Source: Phyllosticta citribraziliensis
Taxonomy: Eukaryota
Length of the DNA: 64,000 nucleotides
Direction of reading: 5' to 3'
Assembly: GCF_038025025.1 (NCBI RefSeq)
Contig: NW_027117352.1
Coordinates: 62,001-126,000 of the forward strand
Shown here: positions 29,478 through 41,369 of the stretch, one piece after another
Position numbering within the stretch: the first letter of the stretch is position 1
How the letters are laid out: every line of letters begins with the position of its first letter
Position numbers and translations under genes: made by a program
Notes under the pieces: model-generated
Databases searched by the model: none
Told to the model about the DNA's origin: nothing
What the model saw: the letters and a program-made list of their open reading frames with translations, nothing else

Positions 29478-30340
29478 ATGTCAACAACACCGCACCGCTC
29501 CGCCTCGCGCACCCGCGAGCCACCCTCCCGCCCAACGACGCCCTTGCGCCCAACATCACGCAGCTCCCTCCGCAGCAGCCACCGGCGCTCCGCATCACAA
29601 CCTTACGGCGCCACATCGCCCAACTCCCTCGCGCACTCATCCACCTCCACCCCGCTCGACAACCTCGAGCCCGGCTTCGCCGAGCTGAGCGACAGCATGG
29701 CGGACCTCGAGGCCAACCTGATGCACCTGCAGCTGATGCACGAGTCGCTGGCGCGCTTCAGCGAGAGCTTCGCCGCCTTCCTGTACGGCCTCAACATGAA
29801 CGCGTTTTGCGTCGATTTCCCCGAGGCGCCCGTCCACGAGAGCTTTGCGCGCGAGCGGGTGCGCGAGAGGGCGCGCGAGGCGGTCGAGAGGGCGAGTCTG
29901 GCGACGTCGGGGAGGAGGGGGTCGGGTTTCAATGTTGCTGAGGGCGCCGAGGCGACGTTTATGTGAGTGCTTTGATGCGTGCTGTTTTCTACGTTGCCTG
30001 TCTGCCTACCAAAGACAAACATCTTTTGGCTGGTATTTTCTTTAATTGGCATTTTGCGAGGATCAGGTGGCTGACATCTGCCCTCTTCCGCGCACACAGG
30101 ACGACAGACACGTCATTCGTCGAGAACCCGCCATCCTCCAAAGCCCCATCCAAATTCGCAACCCCGGCTCCATCGCGCGTCACCCGCGGCGGCGGCGGAA
30201 ACAGCTCCATGTCGTCGGCCCGTGGTGGCGGCAGCAGCGGCACGACGGGCAGGACAACCCGGGGCGGCTCCACCAGGGGCACCAGGGGCGGCGGCATCCC
30301 GAGAGGTGTGGGGAGGATCGCAAGGGGTGGGGCGAGATAG
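29478..30340 (+). CDS. DAM1: DASH/Dam1 kinetochore complex subunit Dam1; intron 29963-30099
   Basis: RPTTPLRP, FAELSDSMADLEANLMHLQLMHESLARFSESFAAFLYGLNMNAFCVDFPEAP, TFMTTDTSF. Confidence 0.92.
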
Positions 30341-30527
30341 ACGACTCCCGCAGCGTGACGCGACGCGATAGGAGGATCCCCAGCGACGGGAGGGAGATAC
30401 TACCAGACGGTATCCTGTGGCTTCTGACGTCATGTGGCTTTCAACCCAACTGGAGCGACGACATAAGGTTAAATGTTTTGCATCGAGATACCCCAATAGA
30501 GCGAGAGAGCGAGCGAGCGAGCTAGCA

Positions 30528-30806
30528 ACATGGCTGGTATCAGAAGAAAGGACTTCCCGATAGGTGCAGAAGCGGTGATGAACGACTGCTCCCTAAACGT
30601 AACTACAGCAGCAGATGAATGTTCCCTAAGCATAACTACAGCAGCAGACGAATGCTCCCGAAGCACAACCACAGCAGCAGATGAATGCTCCCTAAGCACA
30701 ACCACAGCAGCAGATGAATGCTCCCTAAGCGTAACTACAGCGGCAGATGAACGCTCCCCAAGCGTACTCACACTGCTAGCGGGAAGTGTCATTTCCTCGA
30801 CACACG
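30528..30806 (+). mobile_element. Copy of TIR element carrying six 33-bp tandem units
   Basis: Units GCAGCAGATGAATGCTCCCTAAGCGTAACTACA repeated ~30572-30770; degenerate TIRs (right: GTGTCATTTCCTCGACAC). Confidence 0.85.
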
Positions 30807-31783
30807 ATTTATCAACCCAATCCACACAACAAGTCTTCGGAACCAAAGCTGCGCATACCATTTCTAACACTACTCATCCGCCACCACACCGACCCAACCA
30901 ACAGAGCCACACAGCAAAAACCAATCCATCATCGACCACCCGCTTCCACCTCCAAGCCCTCTCCCCACGCACCCTCACCTCGCCAACAAAAATTAAGCCA
31001 CCAAGCAAGCACAAAAGACATTACGGTTATCAAAGCCCCCAAAAAGGCAACAAACGCATTCGTCTCGCCCGTTGGTCCACCCATTCATCAATCCATCAAG
31101 CCCAATTGCAACAAGAAAGCCAAAAGAAAGCGAATCACCCAAACAACAAAGTCAGTCTGAAAAATTCTGCAGTGGTATCATTGGCGAAGAATCAGGGGAG
31201 AAAAGCAGAGAAAAAGAGAGAGAGGACATGAAAACATGACAATACCGCGTCCGTCGTGCGCATGCAAAACGTGAACTAAAAAAGGAGAGACGTTGGCTTG
31301 AGAGGAGAAGACAAGAAATAGGGAGTGAGAGAGAGTCGTCAAGAATTGTAGGAAGAAGAGAAAAAAAGGACCAAGAAAAGTTGTTTCGACCATCTCGTCC
31401 CGGTTGCGCCTGTCCCGCTCGCCGCTGCCCGCCAACAGTCCCCTGACACACCAACGACAAGGTACCTGTAGCCTGCAGGGCTGACCGCCAGGCACGCCAC
31501 AGCCGGCTCGGGTCGCGTCGCCGAGCTACCGTACCCAAGCGAAGCGAGGACCTTAAATGGACGAGACGTCGAAAATGAAGCGACCCCAATTCGCAACCGG
31601 ACCAGTCCCCCAGTACTCCGAGGCTCTGAAACAGAGAGGCTGCGTCTATTGATGCGAGGGTATCAAGGGTAATGGTAGGGTATCGAGTGTTGCCGTCGCT
31701 TCCAAGTGCTAATAGAAACAAGAGAGCTATTGCTGGGTATCATTAATGTTTGTGGGAGAACCACTGCCAAAGGCTGCAGACAA

Positions 31784-33689
31784 TCAGGGCAAAGATGTGC
31801 TGCTGCCACCACTCTTGGCAAAAGTCGCACCGCGCTCGCGGCGCACAGCCCAGCCTTTGAAGGCTAAGTTGAGAACGGTCCACGCCATGATTAGCGCGGT
31901 GAAACCGACCGTAATGACAAAGGTAAACATGGCGTCCAGCTCGTACGACTCGAGCGCAGCTACCGTGTCTTTGTTGCTGACGATGAAGGTGATGCCGCCG
32001 GAAATCAGACAGAATGACGAGACGAGTTCGGACGGCGGACGCGCTGGCAGGAACGATGTCGGCGGCGACAAGTACAGCATGATGTACGTGATGGAGCGCG
32101 CAAGAGCAAAGCCCATGAACATGTTGCCCCACTGCTTGTGGACCATGGTCGAAAGCATCGAAGATTGGTGGTGTGAGCCCATCATCTTGCCGAGGAGGAG
32201 GATGATGAGGGCCGGCATCGGGTTCAACGAGACGCTGTAGGACTTGGGTCGTTCAAAGTGGTCTTCGTCGGTGTGCAACATGTTGTTGCGGGTGCTCAAT
32301 ATCGAAGTGTTGAGAAGCTCCCGTACTTTTTTCGATTCGATGAGCATGCCCAACGCGCCACCGCCAAAGAACATGACGGAGATTGACGCGTGCTCCAGAT
32401 CTTGTGCCGTCCATTCACCTCCCCATGCGGCCAAGTGCTCCAGGAAAACATTGGACGCGCCGTATGCACAAATGACAAAGGACTCGGTAAACTCTGCGGT
32501 CGGAATCCGTGCCTTGGCGCGGCCAACAAGCTCCTGCGGAGGCTTGACATTCCACGCCCAGCCAAAGTCTGCGAAGCTTCCCATCCAGCGGCCGAGGGTC
32601 AAGAGGCCATACCAGAAGAAGATGGCGCCCTTGACGTAGTGGGCCAAGATGTTGAAGATGTGATTGCCGCGCTGAGACAGAGTCAGTCATATGCTTGAGA
32701 AGCGCGGAAACAACCAGCTTACAGAGATACCGCCAACTGTGGTTGTGAGAGTCGCGACGGACACGAATCCGAGGACAAGGATTAGTCGCTCAATCAAGAC
32801 ATACAAGAAGCGCATAAACTTGAGGGGACGATCGCCGATGCGGGGCACAACGCGGGACATGAAGCGGTCCACGCGAGTGTTGCGCAAGAATCCGCGCTTC
32901 TCCTCGACAGCATCCGCGTCGTCAAATCCAACGGCCTCGTAGTCGTCGTGGGCGTCTTGAAAATGGCGGCGTTCCTCCGAATCGGCAGAAGGGGAGAGCG
33001 AGTTGCCAAACAAGGATCCCGAGTTGCGCTCGGTCCCATGGCCAGAGTCGTAGGACATGCGATTGGGTGCCGTCTGCTGGGCTTGCTGCAGCCGCTGATA
33101 TTGCGCCATGAGGGCGGTCGAAAGCGGCTGGGTCTTGGAGCGGTTGGTCCAATCGGCGTACAAGTTGACGAGACCCAGGGCGACCCAGACGGCCGAAATC
33201 CAAAAGACCACCCACCTCGCTTTGTAGTGGGCATTGTTGGGATAGAGGTCTGGAGTTTTGGCGTCGTAAATGATTGCCGTGAACAGGGCGACTCCCTGCG
33301 AGGCGAGGAAGAGGAACTGGGCGGGAAGCGCGAAGCGGGAGCGCGCAATGCTCAGCATCACCACTGTGGCCAGGTCAGCGCACGAGCACGATTGATTTCT
33401 ATTTGAGAGTCGAAAGCGCACCTGGCGGAGCGATGATGATCCAGTTGAGCAGAACAAGCGCCATATAAGTATACAAGAGACCGACGTTTTCCGAGTAGCT
33501 CCAGTAGCTCAGAGGCCAACCCTCTTTTCCTGGGGCAGAAAAGGCTTCGTCGGCTTGCTTGGGAGCGGCGTCGGCGGCCATGGTCATGTCCATGCCGGGC
33601 ATGTCTGGCGTGTGGGCTTCATCGCCGTGAGCAAGGGCCAGCGACAGGAGAGATGCCGCGGCGGTTAGTGCGAGGGTGGGCGATTGCAT
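31784..33689 (-). CDS. Ytp1-like multi-pass membrane protein with signal peptide; introns 33364-33421 and 32672-32722
   Basis: Signal peptide then AHGD, TPDLYPNNAH, NILAHYVKGAIFFWYGLLTLGRW, NVFLEHLAAWG, DLEHASISVMFFGGG, HHQSSMLSTMVHKQWG, PARPPSELVSSFCL. Confidence 0.85.
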
Positions 33690-34450
33690 TCAGAAGCAGT
33701 TGGAGGAATAGCAACTGGAGAGGGGTGAAGATTTGGGAGAGAGGGGGGAGAGAGAGGCGAGGGTAGGGTGAGAGGCGCCTTTGTCCGTCTGGGTCGGCGG
33801 GCAGTGGCCGGGGAGTGGAATATAGGCAGCGGAGGCAGGTGCCAGTGACGAAATGCGGAAGTCGGCGTGAGGTCGTTAGCGGGTGTGGGTGGCCAGGTGC
33901 CAGGAGTAAGAGGCGGAAGCAGGGCTATTTGAAGTCACAGTCACATCAGCAGAGCACCTCAGTAGCAATTATCCCCGAGAGTCGCGCTGGATGCACGAAG
34001 TTTCTCGATCATGACGTGGGTTCCGTGGACGCAGAGGCAGCCCTGTCACCTCGGCAGTCGACCAGTCACTGCGAGGCCCGCCATCCCGAGAGATCCGGCC
34101 CATCACCAAGACGTCGACAATGGATGCTCCCAAGCCGCCGCGCCTGATGGTCACACCAGCCTCGACCGTAGTGTTGCGCCCCCAGTCCCAGTCTCCGGGC
34201 AGCGAGCTAACCTGACCTCTGATATCAACCTCATCAGCTTTGGCGTCAGCGTCGCCCGCATGTGCTCGACGGAAATAGGACTTTGGCGGGACAACACCAT
34301 CACCAGCTGATTCAGCTTTTTCCGAGAACATGACCATCCCATCCCATCCCGGCAGGCGGTCCCAGCCGTCGACTGTAAAGTAGGCATAAACCACACTCTG
34401 GCCCTGCTGGCCGAACATGCCGCGAATCCATGCCGCGAATCCATGCCGCC

Positions 34451-34640
34451 ACAGTGGGTGTCGAATGAGTGCACTTGGGGAGCATTCATCTACTGCTACA
34501 GTCACGCTTAAGGAGCATTCATCTACTATTGTAGTCACGCTTAGGGAGCATTCATTCACTACTATAGTCGCGCTTAGGAAGCATTCATGCCCTGCTACAG
34601 TCAGACCTAGGGTGTATCATTTCTTTCTTCATCGCCACAT
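34451..34640 (-). mobile_element. Copy of TIR element in reverse orientation, four 33-bp units
   Basis: ACAGTGGGTGTCGA at 34451, then GCTT(A/G)(A/G)GGAGCATTCAT repeated at ~33-bp spacing. Confidence 0.85.
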
Positions 34641-36307
34641 GCTCGACGCCGCCAAAAAAAAAAAACTCGACTTTTCCGTTTGCCCCACCAGCTACCGAGC
34701 GAATCCTGGGGTATCGTGGCCCGAGTCATGCTCGGAGAGAGCCTTGCGCGCCCGGCCCCGTTTGCGGACCGCCCGTTATGCTGTACCTACATACCTTGGC
34801 CATCACATCATTACACTGCACATTCAACCCTTGCTTGCTGACGCCCGCCATCGCGAACTCGCTCTCTCTTTCTACAATCATCCCATGCACCACACCTGAT
34901 GCTTCAACCTCCATCAAACTGCCAATCAACAGCCTGCGCTGATTGTCAGCGCTTTCCCTTCCGCTCTCGAGTGGCGGTCGGGCTGCTTGGCGTCCAATCA
35001 CTTTGGACTGTTGTGGGGGAGCAGCATGCATGTCGGCGGATAACAAACTTTACAGCATGCTGCACCCAGTCCCCGCACGTGGCATCAGCAACACATCTCT
35101 GTCGGCTGCTGTTGCTCACATCGGCCAAGAGCAAACCGCAAAGCTCGGCCAGCGCCATGCCATTCGGAGCCCGGACTCTGCCAATCCCGAGACAGCGCCG
35201 CCCGATAATTGAGCGCCCACCAGTCCATCACCGTTTGCTATACAAGATCGAACCAGATCGGAAAAATCTGCTGGTCCACGGCCTCATTCGCGCTGTCCGC
35301 CGCTGTCGCCGCGTGGTTTTATTGCCTGCCGCTGCTCTCCGTCGCCTCGAATGACTCTTTTTGACGTAAGCGAGCTGCCATCACAACCAAACTCCGCAAC
35401 TCCCGTCCGGTTGGCTCTCACCGGAATTCTGTTGGTCAGCAATGCCAGGGTCGATGTGCTTCTGACATTTGACACCCGTCACTGCCGGCGCGTAAACAAG
35501 CAAGCTCGCCGACTAAAACAACCCCATCCGCTGGCACGGGTCCAGTGCAAGCCGTCGACACGCGAATAGGCGAGCACGAAACTAATGCATAGAGCCTGAC
35601 AGAAGCATCGAGGCTACGCACGAGCAAAATATGAAGTGTGGCTCTTTTCCGCATTGCTGCTCCTTGCTCACTGTTGGCTTGTTGCGTACTGTATGTGACT
35701 GGTCAAGTCAACCCAGCATAACAATCCAACATGTGTCGACGTTGCTACTTCTGCTGCCTGGCTGATCAGATTCCTTGTGCACTTACTGCTCGACATGCTG
35801 GTCTATCTGACGGCGACCCCAAAAGACCAACACCAACATTCCAACGTTGTCATGTACCGTTGTGACGCCATGGGCGCACGCATCCCACGCGAAACGGACC
35901 GGCGCGCGGACGCGCGATTCTTTCCACTTCGACGACGACGGCAATCCATCGGGTGACCTCACTGTCGATGTCTAGACCGGCGCGACTCTTCACAAGCGGA
36001 TCGAACAGCGCGACCAGACCTTCCCTGTAGCCGCTCGCAGGATTCGTGCAGATTGCTCGCGCAGGCGTTTCCCGGTTCGTCGTCGGCTGTCACTCGCTGC
36101 TCCGTCTTCTTTTTCGTTGTCCGTCTGCTGTTCGGCAAGCTCTCCCGCTCCCCGCCCGTGCGCTCGCCTGCGGTGGTCCACAGCATCCCTGGCTCCCGTC
36201 TTGTTACCTGACTTTGGAAGACTCCGATCTCGGTCTTTTTTCTACCCCTTTGCAACAGCATATTCATATACCGTCCATTGCCCGCCTCCTTCATCAATTC
36301 ACACCGC

Positions 36308-36408
36308 GGGTCTGTGGTCTAGGGGTATGACACTCCCTTAGCATCTATCCTTGTAAAGGAAGAGCTTCGATATGGGAGAGGTCCCGGGTTCAATTCCCGG
36401 CGGATCCA
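36308..36408 (+). tRNA. tRNA-Ala (anticodon AGC) with 29-nt intron 36344-36372
   Basis: Acceptor stem GGGTCTG/CGGATCC with the G3:U70 Ala determinant; anticodon stem CTCCC/GGGAG; T-arm CCGGG-TTCAATT-CCCGG; downstream T-run Pol III terminator. Confidence 0.93.
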
Positions 36409-37440
36409 TTCCTTTTTGCCGTTGATTTGCACTATGTCACATCTTTTTTGGATGAGTTTTGGTGTTGAGATCGCTTTTCGCATTCCGAGTTGGAGAGGGT
36501 CACGTGAATGGAAATACTTGTGGTCGGTTGCACCGAAATCGCTTAGCGCGGTGGGGGATCTTCGGCTAATCATGCCACTAGCCTAATGCGGCAAGCACTG
36601 GCACCTTATTGCGTCCTCGTTGCATCGCTATTGGGCTACCGACTTGTCGACGTTGCTGCGAAAATGCTGTTGAATTTGTGCTGTTGATTTTTACTCTGCT
36701 GGATTACAGCTTTCATTGTTTTGGCGATGTGCATAGTTCTTTTCAGGTCTATCCATCTCTACAGGTCCTTAGAGAAAATGTCTCGAGTTCTCGGTCAGAA
36801 ATTCATTTTTAAATATATTTGTTTATTGGCGACTTATATTGGCTGCTTTGATGCATTAATTGAGATGGCCGATGGCGATGATGCTGTGGCATTATCTTAT
36901 ACTTAAAGACGTCTATCTAGCACACCAACCACTTTTTTTTATCTTTATTGTCTGTCGGTTCTTTTCTCTCAGCTCTAGAAATGTAGAGATATTCAGGCAT
37001 GAAATGTCACTTTCTACCATTTGCACGGAACCAGATTAGTTGACAGAGCTATGGACTTCTCGCCCTTTTCTCAAGCCAATCATCTCAAATCCAGAATCTA
37101 GCCCACACCAAATCTAACTTCACAAAAGCCTCAGGATAAGGAATAATTCAATTCCCTCACAAACAACTACGCAGCACCACTGCCTCCACCAGCAATCACA
37201 CCCCCAGATCCCAGGAAACGAACACAGGGAGCGAACCATCGTCGAACCGCAAGTCAACGGACGCTACGCTGCCTGCCCCCTCCCACTCTTGGACCCCCCG
37301 CAAACACAAGACCCTACCTACCTACGCGTCGACGCGCAGCCTTTACGAACGAGTCCCGCGGAGGAAATTGCCCCGTTTCTTCCTCTCCCTTCCTTGCCTC
37401 CCTTCCTTCTAAACTAGCATCACAGTGAAGGAAGAGTGAT

Positions 37441-37717
37441 ACCAAGGAGTAGCGGACCTTGGCTCCGTCCGTTTACCCCGTGTCTCCGTCTGTTCCGCGA
37501 TGCGGAGCCAAGGCCCGAGCGTGCTTGGTGACAAGACTGCCAGATGGGGGAGTGGAGCTTGTTTGGCTGGGAGGGCAGGCAAACTGACGGATAGATGGAT
37601 GGATGGAGAGACGGAGACGGAGCGACTGAAGTCCGTCTCCGTCCGCGTCCATGTGGCCGCGTCGCTCGTGTCGTGCCTGGGCAGGTTACGTATGGTGGTG
37701 TCTAAGGTACCTAGGCA
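37441..37717. other. Cluster of three stem-loops, candidate structured ncRNA
   Basis: CCTTGGCTCCG/CGGAGCCAAGG (37457/37503) with outer ACCAAG/CTTGGT; GACGGAGACGGA/TCCGTCTCCGTC (37610/37632); TGCCTGGG/CCTAGGCA (37674/37710). Confidence 0.4.
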
Positions 37718-38268
37718 AGGCGGAGCAAAAGCAAAAGTTACCGCTGCCGGTTCGCGCGGAAGACGCGGAGACGTTGCGCCACACGCGGGCGCAAGGTGGA
37801 GGAGGCTGTGGCGCTGGAGCCGGCTCGCTGTACGAGAACAGGCAAACTTTGTCGCTATTTTCTTTCTGTCTCAGTGCGCAGGCTGCTGCTGCGACACGCC
37901 ACGCCAAGACGGCGGGCGGAAGCGGAGGGAGGCGGAAGCGGAGGCGGAGGCGGAGCTCGCGATGCGTCCTGCTTGGCAATTTATCTGCTAGCCTGACGTG
38001 GCCGGAAGAGGAAGTAGATGAGAGGCAGACGGTCTTTTTGGGGGCTGTGGTTCGTGATCGATGGCGCTGCAAGCGAGCGGGCTTAGATTGGGAGCAGCAG
38101 GCAGCAGTATCGAATGGATGCGCCGGCGTTGGGAGATGGCAAATCATGGCGGTGTTGGGGTAGGCGTGTGCGGCGAGTATGAGTGTTTGGTCAGTCGATG
38201 GAGAGATGGGCTTGATGTTGTGTGGTAGGTGGCCAGAGGATTCTGCTCGCCGCTTGGGAGGAAGCAGC

Positions 38269-38414
38269 ACAGTGGGTGTTGAATGAGGTGAGACTCCCTG
38301 GGTCTAGCTGCGGTAGTATACAACTGCTTTCTGAGCGCAACTGTTGCCGCGGATGAATGCTCCCTAGATGCACTCACATTGCCAGGAGATCTCGTTTCTC
38401 TCGACACCCACTGT
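38269..38414 (+). mobile_element. Most complete copy of the TIR element (146 bp, 2 units)
   Basis: Left ACAGTGGGTGTTGAATGAGGTGAGACTCCCTGG and right CCAGGAGATCTCGTTTCTCTCGACACCCACTGT are inverted complements. Confidence 0.88.
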
Positions 38415-39002
38415 ATCACCATGATCGAGTTCCATCCAGTGCTGCTGGGGATATTAACACCTCTGTATGATCTGCATGATGGCCAGTCGGCTGGCCAGCC
38501 GGATCTCTCATCTGTCTTCTAGTCCTCAGTACGAGTGCGCGTAGCATGAAGTGGACATCGAGGAACACCAGACGGCTGAACTCAATAAAGTGTGCATCAG
38601 TATGAGCGCCGACAACCCATCTCTCAATATCCCAGAAAGGCAAGCAAACCTCTTCAGCGACCGAGGTATTCATGATGTTCTGGACTCTCTTTGGTGTGGC
38701 ATATGTAGTCGTTGTGGCTAGCACTGGAAAGTGAGCCCCTATTGCTCAGTTGGTCTGGGCCAGAGATGCGCTCAAGAGTACGGTCGATCTGCGCCGACAA
38801 CATCTTGTCCATTCGTATTGCGATTATTTTCTCTTCCAGTCTTGTGTTCTCAGCATTAGACGACGATGCTTCCTCCCGTCCATCCATTGGGTATATCCAT
38901 ATCAACCTGCGTGCGCCCTTGACTGCAGCCGTCAGCAGCCAAATTCATACAATACCAAAAACGCCAGTGGTCCATGTCTCGTTGCTCTTGAATGTGCTGC
39001 GT

Positions 39003-39992
39003 CTACATCCGCAGACAACTCGTCTCGTCGTGTGCCTTCTTGCACTCTAGCCCGCAAACTCTCGCCGAGCACCTCAGGCATCTCACTCGACCCCAGTATC
39101 CGCAAATTTCGCAAAACAGCCTTCGCGACGGGCCATCTGCAGCCGGGGGTGTAGCTCTTGCTGCTGTGTAGGAGAGCGGTGGATGCGCGAGTAGCGCTTG
39201 GATTTGTTGCTCGGATGGTAGGACGGGCACATCAGCCCTCAAAAGCGGTTCGTCGTCGTCGACAGGCGTAGGCTCCTGTTGCATGCCCGCCGCTTCTAAA
39301 TCGATGATGGCAGTCTGCTGCGCAGCTCCACTCGAGGGCGCTGGACTGTTCTCCACACCAGCCGATGGAGTCGCCGGGGCACTCTCTGTCGTCGTTGCAG
39401 CGGCCGCTCTCTTGGCCGCTCTCCCCACTGCCGCTGCACCCATACTGCGTTTCCTGTTCCTCGAGCTTGCAGCCTCTGCCGTACCCGTGCTAGGTGCCGG
39501 ACTGGCCGTCGCGGTGACAGATTGGCTCCCAGGCCCACCAGAGCCCGCAGGAGCAACACCAGTCCGCTGCGCCGCCAATGCCTCCTCGTCGGCCAGCCAA
39601 TGTGCAAACGTGCGACCGCTCTGCAGAATCTTACGCACCGCAGGCGTCATCTTCCTGCCCTCGCGCTCGCGCTTCAGAACACCAACGCCGCCTCCTCCTG
39701 CCCCCCGCGCCTGCGGCAGCGCCACGTCCTTCTGGTTGTCGCGATCCAGCTCGGCGATGCGTTTGAGTATGGCTGTCTGCTGCCGCGCGGGCAGGTCGCT
39801 GATGGCGTTGCCGCCGCTGCCGGCATTGTACGCGTCGGCCTGATGTTGGGACTGGCGCGCGGCGGTGCGCTTGCGGCCGCTGGGGTTGATGGCTGCTTTG
39901 CTCGGGTCGAAGCCAATGTCGGGGACGTAGGCCCAGCCGGGAGCTGGCGCAGGGCCGCCCGTCGTGAAGGGTATGACTTCGATGTGCGGCAT
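39003..39992 (-). CDS. VPS71: SWR1 complex subunit Vps71/Swc6 (HIT-type zinc finger)
   Basis: PGWAYVPD N-terminus, VRKILQSGRTFAHWLADEEA, PPLSY, C-terminal FCEICGYWGRVRCLRCSARVCGLECKKAH. Confidence 0.85.
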   Translation of the reverse strand: MPHIEVIPFTTGGPAPAPGWAYVPDIGFDPSKAAINPSGRKRTAARQSQHQADAYNAGSGGNAISDLPARQQTAILKRIAELDRDNQKDVALPQARGAGGGGVGVLKREREGRKMTPAVRKILQSGRTFAHWLADEEALAAQRTGVAPAGSGGPGSQSVTATASPAPSTGTAEAASSRNRKRSMGAAAVGRAAKRAAAATTTESAPATPSAGVENSPAPSSGAAQQTAIIDLEAAGMQQEPTPVDDDEPLLRADVPVLPSEQQIQALLAHPPLSYTAARATPPAADGPSRRLFCEICGYWGRVRCLRCSARVCGLECKKAHDETSCLRM

Positions 39993-40561
39993 CGGTGGGC
40001 AGCGCGGTGGTTCCGGGGAGGGATAAGTTTTGATTTGGAGGTTTGGTGGGTTGGATTTGGTCGGCAGGGTTGATGTCCAGATGTTGCACAGACCTAGCGG
40101 GAGTTAACTGTATTTGGTTTAGCTGTCGATCTGGCGTGCTCTTGCCTTGGATTTCCTTCCTGGGTCGTTGATTGAGATGTCGACAGTTTGGAAATGCTTT
40201 CTTGGCTTATTCGCGTCGATCATGAACAATAGCCGCTTCTCTCATCAACAAGCAGAGATCAATCTTCGAAATCACGCGGACGACGCGCTTCTACTGCCTT
40301 TTTCGGGTCTACGACTCATAGATTCGCCACAGACACAAACGAAACAGATGATGGTCATGGTTATAAGCTACCAACTCTCGTAATTCTTTCAGTTGTCATA
40401 AGCAGGCAGCGTCCATCAATTGCATGGATGTATCTTCCTCAGACCAAACTTATATGACTTGATATTCTGCTTCTTGATATTAAAAAGGTCAAAGTACGTT
40501 GCCCCACCAGAAGTTTGGAAGGCTCAATACCAGCAAGGGGCTCCGAAGGGCAATGCCATGC

Positions 40562-40648
40562 TGCCACAGTTACGCTTAAGGAGCATTCATTCGCTGCTGT
40601 AGCTGCGCTTAGGGAGCAGTCGTTCGTTGCCGTAGCCAGACCCAAGAA
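40562..40648 (-). mobile_element. Partial reverse-orientation copy of TIR element (2 units)
   Basis: CAGTTACGCTTAAGGAGCATTCATTCGCTGCTGTAGCTGCGCTTAGGGAGCAGTCGTTCGTTGCCGTAGCCAGACCCA. Confidence 0.8.
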
Positions 40649-41369
40649 GTTTAAGAGGTCCTGACGGGCCATCCATGTTGACCATGTGACAGCTGTCGGA
40701 TGAGCTCCTTGGAGAACGCAACTACAGCTTTCATCGAACGAAACACTTCTCCGCAGTGGTGAAATCTCCAACACTCAGCCTTCAGCAACATACACAAGAA
40801 CTCGCAGTTAAGCATGTGCATCAGATCAGACATGGAAACATCTCGCATAAAAATGAGCCTCGACTTGATAAGGTAGTAAACACGAGTAGTAGTGGTGGCG
40901 GCGGTGGTGGTAGATGGTAGTAGCGAGCACCCAATGTCCACCGTGAAGGTCTCTGGCTCGCATGGAACACATACATAAAACGCTTGCAAAGCAAAGGACT
41001 AAAAAACGGAAAAAAGCGACCAACCGAACCCACCGTTTGTCCGCTTCTCATGCTTGTCCTACACCTTTCTCCGCCTGACCCAATCTTCGTCCAGTTGATT
41101 GGCATGTCCCGTACGTCGTCGTGGTTGTTTGGTTCGGTTGGTCGGTCCGTGACTCTATTACACATGGATGATCTTCGTCGTCTCAGGTTCTTGTTCAACA
41201 CCCCGACCCATGGTGTTCTCCACTTCGTATTTTCTTGTGGAGCACCGTCCAACGACAAGCGGCTTGCCTTGCAGTGTCTTCACCGCGACGAAAGATCTGG
41301 CGATCGTGCTGCTTTGCAGCTCAAGAAAAGCCGCCTCGATCATGTTGCTTGACTTCTGACCCATTCTTT

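Noticed and set aside
30572..30770. CRISPR-like appearance of the core-plus-linker array
   Set aside because: Linkers are short and homologous to each other rather than unique spacers, the genome is eukaryotic, no cas genes are present, and arrays are bounded by TIRs.
30469..31231. ORFs with repeated peptides (also 33969-34559, 45366-45944, 50366-50655)
   Set aside because: Translations of the stop-free 33-bp unit; no independent coding evidence.
36420..38260. Telomerase RNA, RNase P/MRP, SRP or U14 identity for the structured region
   Set aside because: No CTAACCCTAA template and only fragmentary motif resemblance.
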